Below, in pieces: positions 24,459 through 38,172 of a stretch of DNA of 64,000 nt. The stretch is taken from contig OZ360238.1 in assembly GCA_977017645.1 (NCBI GenBank), positions 52,390,001-52,454,000 on the forward strand, in the 5' to 3' direction. Position 1 is the stretch's first letter; the number at the start of each line of letters is the position of its first letter. Origin of the DNA: Torpedo marmorata (lineage: Eukaryota). The translations under genes and the position numbers were made by a program. A model generated the notes under the pieces. That model searched no databases and was not told where the DNA came from. It worked only from the letters and a program-made list of their open reading frames with translations.

Positions 24459-25570
24459 TGTAACGGATGTGTTAAAGTTAATATTAATATTTAAAGTTAA
24501 GTTATAGAATTATATATATATATTGTTAGTAAGGTTAGTTGTGGGCTGGTACAGGGTCACACACAGGTCACAGCACATTTACAGAAAAAACCATTACTAA
24601 GGGAAAAGAATGTCAGCTTAGAGTCGCCGCGTCTAACAAGACAAAAGCCAATAATGAAACAGAAGTGCATTTAAGTGATTTAAGGACAATGTGTAGTTTT
24701 TAAAAGCCTTATGATAGCAGCTGTTGCAAACTCAAGTGCCATTTGAGTGACATGTGCCAGACTTTACAGAGCCATGGCCAATTAAGCAGTGATGAGGTCA
24801 GAGAGGCAGGAGTTTTAGCAGAAATGAAACAAACGGTGGTGATGTAACGTCACATGATGTCAGAGACCCATATTACTGAAGAAATCGGACATTTTGAATC
24901 AGACTGTACCAGACTGGAGAAACTTAAAAAAACCTTGAAAGACCAGGGATTGAAGCATTCTGAAGAAATTTGACTTCCTGGAAAGTCGGAATTTTGAGCA
25001 ATGATCTCTGAATGGATAGAGGTACTATCTCTGTGTATTATCCTTATCATAGGAAATATATAATAAGTGGCTTTTAAAATAAGTAAAACCACTTTCCAAT
25101 TGCTTCTCAGAAAAGAGGACATCACCGTATGTTACTCCTGATTAAAAAAGAAATCATCTTGAAGATCACAGTTCCGTAACCCTAACAAGATAGGAGGAAA
25201 CTTGTGAAAACACTCGTATGAAGACTATCTCTGAAAGACAACTCATCAAAAGACATGTGAGTTTGAAAGAAATCGAATGCTCCATTCTTGCTTTATAATC
25301 ACTTCTGAATCACAATTTAAAGGGATCCTAAAGTTCAACAAGAAGTTGGAAACTGGACTTTAAAAGTGACTTTTCAGATTTAAGTTTAAACTGAAATAGT
25401 TTGGACTTTAACACACACACATTTACATTTGCGCATAGTGGGTTTAAGTTAGAGTTAAGTTTAGAGATAAGTAAGATATGTTATGTTATTAATAGTTTAA
25501 ATAAAAACTATTTTTGAATTTACCATTGTCTGGTGAATTTTCCATTGCTGTTCCTTTGTTAGTACTAACA
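24459..25570 (+). mobile_element. Probable solo LTR (family A)
   Basis: TGTAAC...CTAACA termini, AATAAA about 70 bp from the 3' end; its internal part resembles 58901-59120. No clear TSD. Confidence 0.6.
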
Positions 25571-25974
25571 GTGTTTGTTAGTTCATAACAACTGTGTCTT
25601 ACTTACACTATGTATGAGATGTCTAACTCGTCTGCTTGCAAAACAACTTCCATCACTGCAATTTTGGGATATGTGACAATAAACTGGAACTTGATCATTG
25701 TGGCCTGCTGGACTGTTTTCTTGGATTAGATTGCCCACGAAATGATCTGAGAAGAATTTGACAGGTTTCCGCTCCCAAGGGATTATACGACTCCTGATGG
25801 GTGGAAATGTCTGAACCATATAACTGCATGGCATAAGATAGATGGATCAGCCGTTCTTATCCTGTGCAATGTTTTCATGTGGAAGTTGTCAGAGCAGAAA
25901 GTGGTTGGTAGGAGAACCATTTGGTGGCCACAAGGTGGAGCTGAACGTTGACTCAAACCAGAAATTCAAAGGAG

Positions 25975-26335
25975 AGGCATGGACAGAGTGGATGTTGAAA
26001 GGATGTTTCCCATGGAGGGAGAGTCTCAGACAAGAGGGCACAACTTCAGGATTGAAGGGCGTCCGCTTAGAACAGAGATGTGGAGGAATTTCTTTAGCCA
26101 GAGGGTGGTGAATCTGTGGAATTTGTGGCCATAGGCGGTTGTGGAGGCCAGATCATTGGGTGTATTTAAGGCAGAAATTAATAGGTTATTGATTAGCCAG
26201 GGCATCAAAGGTTATGGGGATAAGGCCGGGCAGTGGGGCTGAGTGGGAAAATGAATCAGCTCATGATGAAATGGCGGGGCAGACTCAATGGGCTGAATAG
26301 CCTATTTCTGCTCCTATGTCTTATGGCCTTATGAT
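25975..26335 (+). mobile_element. CR1 3' end
   Basis: Near-identical to 15690-16035, with TATGTCTTATGG tail. Confidence 0.88.
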
Positions 26336-26704
26336 CTGACTCCACCCAACCAAAGAAAGCTTTATTCAATGCCCAATGAACGTATCACTTCACAAACAAA
26401 TATGATAAAATTACTTGCCTGTGACAGTGTCCAGCAGTTTAATGTTTAATTCCTGAAGATTTCATGACAATCCTATAGGACTGGGAACCCTAAGCAGAAA
26501 TACAAATTCTTCCTTTGATTTTAGCATAAATTGATTGGAATTGAACCAATTGCCAGCTTTAATCATCTTTATCAACATTTTGCTTCTGACCCGGGAGAAG
26601 GGATTGCTTGTTAAATGTGAGAACAAAGGGACAATCAAGGGAAGAAGAAAAAGAAGTCAACAAGCATCAGTCGAAATATATCAACGTGTCATTTGTACAA
26701 ACCA

Positions 26705-27265
26705 TGTCAAGTCAACTTTATTGTCATTTGATTGTTCAAGTACAACCCAACGAAACAGCGTTCTACGGTCCTCGGTGCAAAACACGCAGACATACAATCA
26801 GACATAACTCTCAGATAAACAATATATATGCAGGACAAGTATTTCATCTATACAAATAAATAAATATTGTTTCATGAATACGAGAGTCTCGGATGGTTAG
26901 TGTGAGCAGTTCCTTTGGTCGTTCAGCATTCTCACTGCCCGTGGGAAGGAGCTGTTCCTCAGCCAGGTGGTGCTGGCTCTGATACTCCTGTATCTCTTCC
27001 TTGACGGGAGCAGCTGAAAGATGCTGTGTGCAGGGTGGAAGGGGTCCTCAATGATTTTGCGCGCCCTTTTCAGACAACCATCCCAGTAGATCATGTCAAT
27101 GGGGGGGGGGGGGAGGGAGACTCCAGTGATCCTTTCTGCCGCTCTTATGGTCCTGTGGATTGACCTCTGATCCATTTCCCTGCAGCATCCGTACCGCACT
27201 GTGATGCAGCCGGCCAGGACGCCCTCGATAGAGCTCCTATAGATAGTTGACATAATGGTGGCCTT
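26705..27265 (-). mobile_element. Rex1-like LINE 3' end (AATAAA-CTTGAC tail family)
   Basis: FQLLPSRKRYRSI..RLRNSSFPRAVRMLN; same family as 62555-63047. Confidence 0.85.
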
Positions 27266-27269
27266 CATC

Positions 27270-27560
27270 AGAATTAAACAAGAGGGCTTAGGTTTAAGGT
27301 GAGAGGGGAGAGATTTAAGAAGGATCTGAGGGATAACGTTTTCACTCAGAGGGTGGTCTGTATCTGAAGCAAGCTGCTGGAGGAAAGTGTGGAAGTGGGC
27401 ACAATTCCTGTGTTCAAAAGACATCTGGCAGATAAATGGATGGGAAGGCCTTGGATACAGACTTAATGCAGGCAAGTGGGACTTGCACAGAATGCCAACT
27501 GGTTTGGGATGGGTGAGTGGGTCTGACAGCCCTGTTCAATGCTGTGTGATTCTGATTATG
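27270..27560 (+). mobile_element. Old CR1 3' fragment
   Basis: AGGTTTAAGGTGAGAGGGGAGAGATTTAAG...TTCACTCAGAGGGTGGT. Confidence 0.75.
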
Positions 27561-27660
27561 AGAAAGCTAAACAAATACTTTCAATGGAGTGAGGAAAGAG
27601 AGGGAGGGGGCAAAAGTTAGGACAAAGAAGGAACCATTCCCATTCCTGGAGGAGGGAGTG

Positions 27661-28305
27661 TCAGAATCAGAATTTATTGTCATGAACAAGTCACGAAATT
27701 CGTTGTTTTGCAACCACTTTACAAAAAAATAAATAAAAATATTGCACGAAAAGTGGTTCATTGATCATTCAGGAATCTGATGGCAGCGGGGAAGAAGCTG
27801 TCCTTGTGCCGTTGAGTGCTCGTCTTTAGGCTCCTGTACCTTTTTCCGATTGGTAGCAGAGTGAAGAGAGAATGGCTTGGGTAGTAGGGGGGGGGGTCCT
27901 TGAGGATAAAGGCTGCTTTCTTAAGACACCGCCTCTTGTAGATGTCCTCATTGGAGTGAAGACTGGTGCCTGTGATGTCGCAGGCCGAGTTAACAACCCT
28001 CTGGATTTTTTTCTTGTCCTGAGCGTTGGCACCTCCGTACCAGACAGTGATGAAACCAGCCAGAATGCTCTCCACGGTACACCTGTAGAAGTTTTCGAGA
28101 GTCTTCAGTGACATACCGAATCTCCTCAAACACCTCACAAAGTATAGCCATTGGCGAGCCTTCTTTGTGATTGCATCGACGTGGAGGCTCCAGGACAGAT
28201 CCTTGGAGATGTTGACTCCCAGGAATTTGAAGTTCTTGACCCTCTCCACTACTAAGCCATCGATGAGGACTGGATTGTGTTCTCCTGAAGTCCACAATCA
28301 TCTCC
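27661..28305 (-). mobile_element. Rex1-like LINE 3' end (AATAAATTCTGATTCTGA tail family)
   Basis: FKFLGVNISKDLSWSLH, FYRCTVESIL, SFFPAAIRFLN. Confidence 0.9.
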
Positions 28306-28734
28306 TGTTGTTGGCAGGACAGGAAAGTGCATGGATCAGGGTCAAAGTCTCTGTCAAATGCTTGGTGCAGGGGTTGTGCTGAGCAAAAATGACTTCGCAA
28401 GCGCTGATATGGAAACAGAATCATCAGCTGCAATGGAGAAATGCAAACTCCATGCTTTCATAACATTGGGAACACATAGCAAGTCAGACAGTATCAAAGG
28501 ACAGTTCTAACTTTTAGTCTGTGCCCTTTTCCATAGCAATCAGCAGCCAAAACGCCTGTTCCTGTTCTCCCACCATGTGTTCCAAATACCCTCTGTTTTT
28601 CTTTTTATTCTTTTTCCAATGGACATTTTTTTTTAATATCTCAAACGTAAGATAGGGACAAGCTAAGAAAATTTAATTCTTTGGAAGTGAAACAAATAGA
28701 CTGAGGAGGATGATGGACATGGGATTTGAGCGAA

Positions 28735-29200
28735 GAACATTGAGCCTGCTCCGGAATTCAATGAGATCATGGCTGATCTGATGATAGGGTTATCTCCACC
28801 TACCTGCCTTTTCCCCATATCCCTTAATTCCTCTACTATGTAAGAATCTATCCAACCTTGTCTTAAATATATTTACTGAGGTCGCCTCCACTGCTCCAAT
28901 GGGCAGCGAATTCCACAGATTCACCACCCTCTGGGAATAGCAGTTCCTCCTCATCTGTGTCCTAAAACTGCTACTCTGGATCTTGAGGCTATGTACCCTA
29001 GTTCTGGTCTCCCCCACCAATGGAAACAATTTACCTACCTCTACCTTATCTATGCCTTTCATAATTTTATATGTTTCTATAAGATCCCCTCTCATTCTTC
29101 TAAATTCCAGCGAGTGCAGTCCCAGATGACTCAATCTCTCCTCATAGGCTAACCCCCTCATCTCTAGAATCAACCTGGTGTACCTCCTCTACACTGCCTC
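28735..29200 (-). mobile_element. CR1 3' end
   Basis: YEERLSHLGLHSLEFRRMRGDLIETYK. Confidence 0.88.
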
Positions 29201-31502
29201 CAAATGAGACAATGCACGCAATGAGGATTGATGAAAAATGAAGCATAAATTCTTGGACCAGAGGAGGTGTAATGGCGGTAAGGTGGAATATCAGAGAGAA
29301 CTCTGTTAAAGCGCCAGGCGGGTAGACCATTTTGAGCATTGTTGGTCATGTGCCTCAAAATAAGTGGGGTTCTCTCCCGTTGTGAGGAAAAGCTCAAAGC
29401 CCTCTCTCAATAACTAGTTAACAGTTAGGCATTCCCTCAGTGAAGCAGGCATTATGAATGACTGGCTTTCTCTCACAGTAGTTGACTCACATGTCTTTCT
29501 GAGGATCAAATGAGAACGTTTGGATTTAATAAGTACAAATGGGTTTTCTCTTCTAACCTCACATCAGAAGAATTAGTGCCTGGTTTTCTCAGTTGAGTTT
29601 CTAAGACATTTTCAAGACTTGCATTCCTGGCAAATGTGGAGTCCCTAACAATTGAAAATAAAACGCCTGTAGTTCCAATTTGGGTTTTCTTTCCCCTTCT
29701 GCTGTCTTAACCTTGCTATTAAATTTGGCATAGCTGCGGTTCTTAGATTTCAATATTATAGAATGCTGCTTAGAAGAAGTGGCTATAAGAATTATGGATA
29801 CATTGAAAAATATTTTTTCAAAGTTTAATAGATTCTGGAATAGACACTGAATATGAAAGTTCACAAATGTAATAAGGCTATTGAAGTCAGAAGGGACAGG
29901 GAAAACGAGGAAATACAAGGCAGTTAATCAGACTGCGATGTTGGAACCTATTCTTAGGCAGTCCATTGGGACAGAGGATGACTTACTTCCATGCTGGCTT
30001 TTGAGTTGAGAGGTGGTTAATGAGATCACTGTGAGAACCGCAGACTCCCCTATACACAGGGCGGGTGACAGCTGACAGGACAGGGAGTGGATAGTTTTTG
30101 AGATGGTGTACTCCTTCCCCCACTTAAGTAGGCCCCATATGGGCTCATAATGCATGCACCAAGTTTCTCGACACCATCCCAAATGCTCCTTTTCTACTTT
30201 GAGTGGTCATGGGTGTGATCTTCCCAGATAGTCCCCAAATCGGTTCATCCAGAGATATGAACTACATTGGGTAGCTGCTCTAAGTCTGGAATACAGTACT
30301 ACATTACTATAAAATGCCTCTCTCAATACAATCAAGTTTTAAACTCCATTAAATGAATGGACTGTTTAATACTAAAGCTGGCTGTCCACAGTAATTTCTA
30401 TCTTGCTGTTGCTCCTTCACGGCACGCTCTGCTCAGTGAAGACTGGTGTCCAACAAGGCTGTGTCATTGTCCCATTTCTCAGTCCTCCTTGCCAATAACT
30501 TTGCACCTCACTTCAAGCAAATTTCCTGCGGCAGTTGAGCTGATCTTCAGCAGGATATAACTCATCACTATCCTTTCATTTATTTCTGTTCTCCTCCCAT
30601 AATGGTGCTGCTGCATTTTTCATACACAGATTTAAAATATGTTTCAATGCCTTTTAATAATAAATTCTTAGCTTTCCCCTCATACTTCTCAAATTTAGTT
30701 AAACCACTTCTTCGGAAGAAAACATTGTTTCCATATTACCAATGGGATTTTTGTGATGCTTCTGGCCTCCTAATGCTGGCCGTCTAATGCAACGCGCAGG
30801 GAAACAATTCAATGACACTGTGCGGAAGCGAGAACAACTAAGCTCTGCGTTGGCCAGTCCAGGGTGAGCTGTTCAGCTACAATCTATTAATTTGCAAACA
30901 GGGGCGGGAACATTGGCTTTCTGTGTCTGTTTAAACCTGATAGTACACAGGTAATTCAAAGGGTTGTTGACATGCTCTTCAAAATACAATTTCAGTTAAG
31001 TGTACAGTTCACCCTTTGTCACTATAAACATGGAACGACTGGAGAATAACAGCATTACACTTCGAAATTAGGTAGTTAAAGCATTCATACACGCTACCGG
31101 CCTGAAATAAGCATTCTAAGTGTAGACTGTGGTGTTAAAATAAAGATTACTGGATTGAAGAAACACTTTAGAACAAACGCTCTGGAATTAGCCAATCTCT
31201 TAGAATCAGCGAAGTTTTATATGTGTCCAAAGCAGTCATGTTGCGACGAATTTTAAAACAGAATTCAGCGAAGTTTGTTCATCTGTTGTTTATTTACAGA
31301 GCAAGTTCACACTCGCAGGCACTGCGTTTGCCAATGTACTATCAGTAATCTGTGACCATGTTTGTCGGCAATGGGCGTGGTGAACTTGTGAAGAGTAATC
31401 ATTTCGTGTAGGGGGACAGTTGAAAGATTGCGTAGGACCGGTGAGGAACATTCACCCGATTTGGGCTGGGAACAAATTCCTTAGACATCAAGACAGCCAA
31501 TA

Positions 31503-31950
31503 GTTCAAAACCATGAAGTGCAACATGTTACTGAAAATTCATTTTCTGCATTCGCACTTGGACTTCTTCCCTGCTGATCTTGGTGCAGTCAGTGACGAAC
31601 ATGGTGAAAGGTTTCACCAGGACTTTGAGACTATGGAAAAGCGATACCAGGGCAACTGGAATCCATCAATGTTGGCCGACTATTGTTGGACACTGACACG
31701 AGAGGCAACAGATGCTGAGTACAAACGAAAATCTGCGGCAAAACGTTTTTAGGTCAGTCGAACTAACACAACGTGTCAGCATCATAATGCGATTAAACAT
31801 GCTAAATGTAATAAAAGTTAATTTAATGTTTCCCCAACTTCCTATGTGATACAGCAAATCTGAATTTATCTGTGTTCAGCTTGAAGTTGTCTATCATAAC
31901 CCCCAATTTTTTTTCAATAAGCAAACTCTTTGAAAAAAAGTTGTCCAGTG
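31503..31950 (+). mobile_element. Chapaev3-like (CMC superfamily) DNA transposon 3' end
   Basis: KIHFLHSHLDFFPADLGAVSDEHGERFHQD..RYQG.W...MLADYCW; terminus GTTGTCCAGTG followed by TAA (CACTG TIR, TWA target). Confidence 0.7.
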
Positions 31951-32149
31951 TAATCAGATCATACAGGTCCAAAGGTGCTCCCAGACATCCTTCTGCTTTG
32001 AGAACAGCTGGACTTGTGCCACTGTCCTTTTGTCCAAATTGACAGATTAGACTTTAAAACAAGAACCAAACGAGTTAATGATTCAAATAAAATTAATGCT
32101 GTTTTATATGTTCATATTCTGATAATATAGTTAATGAAAAGAACATTTT

Positions 32150-34280
32150 ATAGTTCGAGATCAAATTTATTATCATCTGACTGTACATATACAACCAGAT
32201 GAAACAGCATTTCTCCAGACCACGGGGGCACGTAGATACGCACACACACACAATACACAGCAAATAATAATCATATAAATAAATAAAGATATACCAGTAA
32301 TTAGAAAAAATATACACATACATACAGGGCCCTCCACAATGTTTGGGAAAAATACACTTTTTTCCTTTATTTGTCCCTGTGCTCCAGTTTTAAATTTGTA
32401 ATCAAACAATTCGCATGTGATTAAAGTGCACATTCCAGATTTTATTCAAGGGTACATTTTGGTTTGACCATGTAGAAATTACAGCACTTTTTATACAGAG
32501 GCTCCTCATTTCAGGGCACCATAATATTTGGGACATAGCAATGGTATGTATATTAAAGTAGTCATGTTTAGTACTTTGTTGCATATCCCTTGTATGCAAT
32601 GACTGCTTGAAGTCTGTGATTCATGGACATCACCAGATGCTAAGTATCTTCTCTGGTGATGCTCTGCCAGGCCTCCACTGCAGCCATCTTCAGCTCCTGC
32701 TTGTTTCGGGGGCTTGTCCCCTTAATTTTTCTTTTCAGCATATGGAAAGCATGCTCAATTGGATTTAGATCGGGTGACTGATTTGGCCATTCAAGAATTT
32801 TCCAGTTTTTAGCTTTGAAAAACTCCTATGTTGCTTTAGCAGTATGTTTGGGATAATTATCTTGCTGTAGGAAGCGCCGTCCAATGAGTTTGGAGGCATT
32901 TGCTTGAACTTGAGCAGATAAGATGTTTCTATACACCCCAGAATTCATTTTGCTACTGCCATTAGCAGTTACATCATCAGTGAAGATAAGTGTGCCAGTA
33001 CATACATACTACTAAAGCAACAAAAGAGTTTCTCAGAGCTAAAAACTGGAAAATTCTTGAATGGCCAAGTCAGTCTCCCAATCTAAATCCAATTGAGCAT
33101 GCCTTCCATATGCTGAAGAGAAAACTTAAGGGGACAAGCCCTTGAAACAAGCAGGAACTGAAGATGGCTGCAGTAGAGGCCTGGCATAGCATCACCAGAG
33201 AAGATACTCAGCACCTGGTGATGTCGATGAATCACAGACTTCAAGCAGTCATTGCAAGCAAGGGATATGCAACAAAGTACTAGACATGACTACTTTAATA
33301 TACATTACCATTGCTATGTCCCAAATATTATGGTGACCTGAAATGAGAGGAAAAGTTACATAAAAAGTGCTATAATTCCTACATCGTCAAACCAAAATGT
33401 ACACAAATACCCTTGAATAAAATCTGGAATGTGCACGTTAATCACATGTGAATTGTTTGATTACAAATTTAAAACTGTGGAGCACAGGGGCAAATAAAGG
33501 AAAAAAAGTGTCTGTCCCAAACATTATGGAGGGCACTGTATATATTTTGGGATGATTTACTCAGTGACAGGATGCTGTTCATCAATCCCACAGCCTGCAG
33601 GAAGAAGCTATTTCCCTTGCCTGGTAGTGCTGATTTTGATGCTCCTGTACCTCCTTCGGAAGTGTAGGCACTTCGGCACCTACCTGACTAATGAGGTGGT
33701 GTTGTGGGTCCAGGATAGTCGTCCTTTATATGCACACCAACGAATTTTGTGCTCTCCACAAGTCCACAACAGAACCATCGCTGTGTAATGGAGAGTAGTC
33801 AACCTTCATCCTCCGGAAGTCTAGAATCGTCTCCTTTGTCTTGTCTGCGTTGAGACTCAGGTTGTTGTTCTTGCACCACTTTAGGAGCATCCCAAATTCC
33901 TCTCTGTAAACTGACTCATCATTGTTGCCGATGTTGTAACATCCAAAAACGATGATTCTGTTGGAACTGAACCTAGCAGTGTGAACAGTAGCGGACTGAA
34001 CATATAGCCCATAGGTGCGTCAGCGCTCAGCGTGATGGGACTTGAGGTTTTGCTACCAACCCGGACAGACTGTGGCCTTTCGGTCAAGAAGTCCAGAATC
34101 CAGTTGCAGAGAGTTGAGTCCAGCGAGGACAGTTTATCCACCAGCCTCTGAGGTATGATGGTGTTGAATCCCAAGCTTAAGTTAATAAACAGCAGCCTGG
34201 CGTCTAACTGGAACAGATTCAATGTTGCTGGAAGGTGCAATTTGATGCGTTCCATTACCAGTCGCTCAAGTCGCTCCATA
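32150..34280 (-). mobile_element. Degraded Rex1-like LINE split by the Tc1 derivative
   Basis: Tail at about 32160, RT remnants (LERLVMERIK, FNTIIPQRL, WILDFLTERPQSVR) at 33881-34279. Confidence 0.75.
32325..33538. mobile_element. Palindromic Tc1 derivative made of two 3' halves
   Basis: TA|CAG(G/T)GCCCTCCA...TGGAGGGCACTG|TA; about 520-bp inverted arms, both encoding WPSQSP.LNPIEH remnants. Confidence 0.9.
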
Positions 34281-34407
34281 ATCGTATGTTGAATTAATCA
34301 TAATATTAAAAATTGGTTTAATGAACTATAATTTTGCTTCTAATCAAAGCATCATCCACCTCTGCAATTGTGATACAAATGCAAGGCTGAGCGTCACTTG
34401 GAAGTAC

Positions 34408-34779
34408 TGTAGCCGCGCGCTACTCGAAAGAAGACACACACACGTAGTGTAGTCAGGTTAAGCTCTGAGTTTTTATTAGGGCTCAGGCCCAACTTTTATA
34501 TTTGCACTGTTCCCGCCGTGCAACATGCATAACAAAAACGGGTTTCCCGCGCGCGGGTACTTTCCTGCATAACAATACCCTTCTTCCCCGCACGCTGTCC
34601 CTGTCTGTTGGCTGCGCAGCAAGTCAGCGCCATTTTGGGGTCGCTGGCCTTTAAGCTGCCCTTGCCGTTCACCCGCCGGTTCGCTTGTTGGGGCCAGTGC
34701 CGCTGCGCGGTCTGCTGGCCTTTGGTTCCGCTCGCCGCCCGGAGCGCCGGCTTGATCGCCGCCGCGGCGGGCCGCCACA
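34408..34779 (-). mobile_element. Young CpG-rich solo LTR (Gypsy-like)
   Basis: TGTAGC...GCCACA termini, perfect 4-bp TSD GTAC, TATAAAA and AATAAA on the minus strand. Confidence 0.85.
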
Positions 34780-37700
34780 GTACACTCATGTCACTCACTG
34801 CACACATTCAGCGGGCTTTGATCTCTGGAATGAACACTGTCTTATAACAGCGATCTTATGAAGATTAAGACTGTGTCTGAAACATCACCATTTGTAAGCT
34901 TGTAAATTCAAAATGTGGAAGTCACACCCACCTCCCCATTTCGTAGTGGGGTCAGCATAGGCGTAAAAGGCAACAACAGTCTTCCACAAGGGAAGAGGAG
35001 AAATGACAGTCAGCTGGAAAGCCCTACACTCATCAACTCGTCACAAGCCAATACAGTGAAACCAGCAATGGTACAATAACCAAGATATGTGATTGCATCA
35101 AGAGTACAACCAGACAAGATTTATGGTTTTCCCAGTGCTTGAAAACAAGCTATTCATGATTCAGGATCTTGCTGAGGCCAACTGATGAGTTTTGCATTGT
35201 ACCCTTCAATAGACGGAACTCTGCCTTTGGTGGACAAACATAGGAAAAAAGTGGCAACCAAAGTGGTAATTAGAGAAATTTATATCTGAAAGCAGTAATA
35301 TCGCAGTTACAAGACTTTCATTAGATACGAGACTTGAGTAACTTTCATTGCTAATTTGATTTCTGAATTAGATTCACAAATCACTTTCAATAATATCTAT
35401 TGCAAACACTGTGGACTCTGTGAAACCTTGAGCAAATCTACGAGGTGTTTATATCCACTGAAATAAATAAGGAAACATCATCCAACAACCCCTTTTTGTT
35501 CTAACCACAAGAATTGCAAAAATATATATCTTTAAAACACAAAGTGTTGTCACCTGCTCAGGTTCACCTGCACTCGTTGGACCATTTGAAATACACTCAC
35601 AGTTGAAGTTGCTATTATAAATGTTTTCTGCAGTTGATACGCTGAGTTTGGCATTTATGAAAATGTTGCTGCAGATATCATATTACTTTTTGGGATGATC
35701 TAGAGCCAAGAATACTCATCATCTCTATTATTTTTTCATTATCACATCGTATTAACACATTTGTGAACTTTGTTATTTGTGATCGGCAAAACACCTATCC
35801 AAACAATCTGCATTTAGCTGTGTATTTCATATTCTTATTTAAACTTTCATTTACGTAGCACCATATTTTTTAACAAGGTCAACTCAAGACAATTTGCAAA
35901 GTGGAAGAGCTTCCAATCTTTTATTATAAATAGAATCAAAGAGACTTGACACTGACTTAACAGGTATTATTTCATTTGAAATGCATTTAATTAGGCTAAT
36001 GATCAAGTGTTTTAATGATATTTGAAGCATTATAGTTTAAATTCAGGTACTTGGCAACAATAATAATTTTCCTACCATGTCAGCAACAGCGTGAAATTAA
36101 TTTGATTAATTGTTATTAAAGGGAAAAAAACTGATATCATACCTTAATATGTGCAAAGGATATTCCAAAGCAATTTTCTCTCAGTGACCAGTATGTTGGA
36201 ATTATGAGGGTGTACAGTATAAGTAAAATAGATAGTCCATTGCAATAGTTATGCTGAAAGCATGTGACACTATTTGAAACATATAATCCCCAAGCAACCA
36301 ATTACCACTTGGTTCATATTAAACTTGCAGTATTTGAGTCTGACTTCCAAAACAATTACTTTCATGTGCATCAACATTAAATTATTAAAATAAAAGCAGA
36401 ATATTCCAAATACAAAGTCGTCCATTGTGCATCTGGAAGGGAGAGTAACTAAAGTGGACAGTAATAACCCCACTTGTGAGAGAGTCCGCAACTAAGATAA
36501 ACAAACCAACAAAAATTAGTGAACAGAAATTACTTCAAAACTGACATTCCCAAACGTGTCAGTGACTATTTATCGCATTTGTATTTTGAAAAGTACAATT
36601 TCTTTATATTGAAAACTGCTGACAACATAAATGAAAAACAAAATTCATAATAAAAAAAAACCCTTTCTCTCAGTACCTCATATCCAATATATTTAAAGAT
36701 AGTTCTGATCCTTTTGAAATTTGTTTAGGTTTTATTACCTTAATTATTATTCCTAATGTTTTATAGCACCAGCAGGTATCTATTATTCCATGTATTCTGA
36801 AGGACCATTGAGAAATTGTTTACAATTTGATTTCATAGAACATAGAAATCTACTCCACAGTACAGGCCCTTCGGCCCACAGTGTTGTGCCGACCAAATAA
36901 CCTACTCTAACAACTTCAATTTCAATTATATTTTAATTATACCATACACTCACAAACCAGATTAAGTGATGCAATAATGGTGACCATTCGCCAGACAGCT
37001 GCACTTTATATATATAAATTGATATTTTTTCATAACAGGCTTTGAAGCTCTTCTCATTCTGTCAGACAGACACTAATATAATGGTGCCATTAATTAATTG
37101 TAATAAACTTGGTACTTGTGAATTCCATAACTCTTTGTGGAGAGTACATTGAAATTATTCTATACTTTCAGTTAAAACTCAAATATTTCAATTGTTTACA
37201 TTGAAATGACAGATGAGGTTTTGTGCTTTGCAAAGTCATGCCCACAACAAAAATAAGCTGCCGAAATATTCATCAGAAAACTGCCAAGAAACACTTTATA
37301 GAGGCACTAATAAAGACAGGCACAGTGTCAAGGAAGAAAATAATAGGTAGGGTGAGCAGAATCTTTGTCAGAGGTTATTTTTAAAGGAGGACCGCGATAG
37401 AACATAGAACAGTACAGCACAGGAACAGATCCTATGGCCCACGATGTCTACGCTGAACAGGATACTCAAATTAAACTAAAACTCATTGGACTGGGTGGTT
37501 TGGAATCAGCCTAATATCTGTTTGTGAATATTGAAATATGGTTTATATTTTGTTAGTTCATATTTATATTCTTACTATTAAAACACTAAAAATACAAAGT
37601 GAAAATCTTATTCAACGAATTTACAAAGGATAACCATGAGTAGATTTATTATATTTTTTTCCGGTTATTGTTGTACAGTGGCTTCATGGAAGGGGAAAAT

Positions 37701-38172
37701 ATACAAACTAGGTGGAGCTGCTATAGTTATAACATCATTAAAATGAAACAATAGCATTGATTCACAACATTTCCTCAATGGTAAATTATCTTGTCAGTGC
37801 TTTAATACACATGGTTTTCTTCTGCGAGATCGTTCGTAACAAAGACTTGTGCCAAAATGAATCTTTTTCGGTTTCCTGTTGCTTCACTGTTTCTAATGTT
37901 AAATTGATTCTTGCTGCCACAGAGTGCACCTCAAGTTTGTACTGTTGTGCACGGATCAATAACCAAGGCTGCAGTCTGTCGGAGACAAACACTGAAGTTA
38001 TGCAAGTGGTGTTAATATTATTTGTATAAAAACGTTGTGATACCACATCTCAAACATCACACTCAAATAACGTCTTGACATCCCGTACAAACACAGGTGG
38101 TGATCCGTGTATCTGTTGCTTCTCTCCTGCCATCCGGGGTCGGGTCGTTGCGAAGTGTCCGTGTGAAAGCGG

